64,000 nt of DNA. Source: Octopus bimaculoides. Lineage: Eukaryota. A model generated the notes under the pieces. The model made no database searches and was not told the DNA's origin. It saw only the letters and a list, made by a program, of their open reading frames with translations. The stretch covers positions 165,079,396 through 165,143,395 of the forward strand of contig NC_068983.1 in assembly GCF_001194135.2 (NCBI RefSeq), written 5' to 3'. Positions 61,849 to 64,000 of the stretch are shown here, piece by piece; positions within the stretch are counted from its first letter, which is position 1; every line of letters starts with the position of its first letter. Position numbers and translations under genes: made by a program.

Positions 61849-62005
61849 AGTTCGTTTACGAGAAACGTGTTTGAGTAGGCACTTAAAACCTTCTGCTTTA
61901 TTATGTCGGCTACGGCCTCGTGATTCCAACTTGCAACAACAGTTTTATGGGATAGGACCGAGCTGTACCGATATAACGCAGAAATAATAATAATAATAAT
62001 AATAA

Positions 62006-62429
62006 CAATGAGATAGATAATAAAAAGCCAGACAGTGTTAATTGAGAAAGAAAGCAAACTTGGCTGGATCATAGATATAGCATGCCCTGCTGACAACGAG
62101 GTATGTAATGAGGAAGAAAGAAAAGTCGATAGATATGACAAGTTAGCTTGAGAGATTAAGCAGTTGTGGTCGATAAAAAAGGTAGCAATGGTACCAATAA
62201 TTGTCGGAGACCAGAGAACAGTTAGTAAAATTCTTGAGAAGTACATGGAACAAATAGGGGCTGCAATAAGGGTGAAGCACTTGCAGAAAACAGCACTGCT
62301 TGGAACCGCTCGAATACTCCGGAAGGTGCTCGAAAAATAAGAGGTGTTACCTTAGTTTACTGGTAATGAACAGCTGACACCGTAGTACATCTCTAACGTT
62401 AGAAGCTGTGCAAAGGCAATGATAATAAT
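62006..62429 (+). mobile_element. 5'-truncated R4/Dong-like REL LINE 3' end, second copy
   Basis: NKKPD...WIIDIACPADNEVCNEEERKVDRYDKLA*EIKQLW...LQKTALLGTARILRKVLEK* (stop at 62340). Same 3' UTR as 4844-5164; preceded by (AAT)n at 61983-62005 and ends in aatgataataat. Confidence 0.88.
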
Positions 62430-62528
62430 CGATGAATGAAATTTATAAATATTTTAATGCATAGCGATGCATTACAATATTTATAAATTCCATCCATGGA
62501 TTATTATTATTATTATTATTATTATTAT

Positions 62529-62716
62529 AAGGCGGTGAGCTGGCAGAAACGTTAGCACGCTGGGCGAAATGCTTAGCGACATTTCGTCTGTCTTTACGTT
62601 CTTTGCCTTTCATCCTTTCGGGGTCGATAAATTAAGTACCAATTGGTACTGGGGTTGATCTAATCGACTGGCCCCCTCCCCCAAAATTTCGGGATTTGTG
62701 CCTGGAGTAGGGAAGA
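62529..62716 (+). mobile_element. Family A SINE flanked by (ATT)n
   Basis: aaggcggtgagctggcagaaacgttagcacgctgggcgaaatgcttagcg...aaaatttcgggatttgtgcctggagtagggaagattattatt. Confidence 0.92.
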
Positions 62717-63479
62717 TTATTATTATTATTATATACATGTGTGTGATATTAACTTAAAATATTTTTTTCAAACCAATTCATTTAAGAATATACCTTTTAT
62801 GTACTGTCACTGTTCTTTCTAAAAGCATATTTTTTTTTCAACAAGACACAAAGCAATGCTTCAAAAAGCAGAATAATTCACTAAATGTTTAATTTCTTGA
62901 GTGGAATGGTGAAGTCGATTAAGAGGATATATTCTAAAAAAACATCTTTTCGTTGAGTGATTTCATTTTGAATATTATAAATTCAATTACGTCTAACAAT
63001 ACTCAGACTTTCTGTTAAAATTTAGAATGCTTCAGATATCCAACAAAATCCCATTTTCTGGTTTTGTTATGTCGCAGCAATCATAACCCAAACAATAATA
63101 TTATTAATTTAGAGTGTATAAATTTTTATTAAGAAATAATCTGGAAACTTTATTGGACGGGGTTTATTGACAGTTCATAGTTTTCACTTGAATTTTATTC
63201 ACGCTTTAATATCTTGCTTTTATCCCAGCAGCCCGCCCCCTGCCCGCTTCTCTTGTAAATTCTGAACAGATAAAAATGACAAGAACCAATAGAACATGGT
63301 CGTAAATATCTTGAACTTTTCAATGTTTTTCTTTCTACGTACGGCATTCATATCCCGTGCGGTCAACTTTTCTTTCTATATATGCAAATCTTGATAATTA
63401 CAACAAATGTATTGGGTTCGATTCATCGATTATCTCCCCATCGATGAATAATTAGCTAAATTGGTTTTCACACACAAAT

Positions 63480-63564
63480 ATGCAATATACATACATACAC
63501 ACGCATACATACATACACACACACATACATACACACACACACATACATACACACACACACACAT

Positions 63565-63597
<33 letters not shown>

Positions 63598-63935
63598 TAT
63601 ATATATATACATACATACACATACGTGTATGTATATACATACATATATACATTATATATATATACAAACACATACATGTATGTATATACATACATATATA
63701 TATATATACATTATATATATATATACAAACACATACATGTATGTATATACATACATATATATACATTATATATATATATATATATATACATATATACAAA
63801 CACATACATGTATGTATATACATATATATATACATACACATACATGTATGTATATACATATATATATACATTATATATATATATATATAAACACATACAT
63901 GTATATATATATATATATACATTATATATATAAAC

Positions 63936-63969
<34 letters not shown>

Positions 63970-64000
63970 ACATTATATATATAAACACATACATGTATAT
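63480..64000. repeat. Compound CA/TA microsatellite-minisatellite array
   Basis: Recurrent aaacacatacatgtat and tacattatatata blocks within TA/CA repeats; source of the terminal spurious ORFs. Confidence 0.95.

Noticed and set aside
63205-63305. Strong acceptor-like site (tttaatatcttgcttttatcccag) with GC-box-like sequence downstream
   Set aside because: Two frames stop quickly, the third has only a weak donor and no homology, and its phase does not fit the 53708 candidate exon.
63430-63994. Many overlapping MYVCIYI/THTH ORFs (also 12057-12756, 24957-25461, 44067-44410, 57502-58068)
   Set aside because: Translations of TA/CA/TATG microsatellites with no protein-like complexity.

Overview
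This is AT-rich animal genomic DNA from a draft short-read assembly, with 14 N-gaps mostly flanked by microsatellites. The microsatellite density and SINE repertoire look like an octopus genome; that is an inference from repeat families I recognise, not a database result. I cannot support any host protein-coding gene: most track ORFs are microsatellite or N artefacts, or decayed transposon fragments. The window is a transposon graveyard with nested insertions. It holds about 40 copies or fragments of tRNA-derived SINEs, LINE remnants (CR1/L2/Jockey-like, RTE, R4/Dong-like and a second REL-type family), Penelope-like fragments, a solo LTR, a full-length Tc1-type element with DD36E spacing, a fold-back mariner derivative, Helitron remnants and MITEs. 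The most unusual signal is at 51450-51885: a tRNA-headed short element carrying a minimal Penelope-type hammerhead ribozyme, arranged as a head-to-head pair between 12-bp direct repeats. A second, unrelated hammerhead-like motif lies at 15373-15408. Also notable is the fold-back mariner (38215-39087), whose removal restores the reading frame of the transposase fossil it interrupts.
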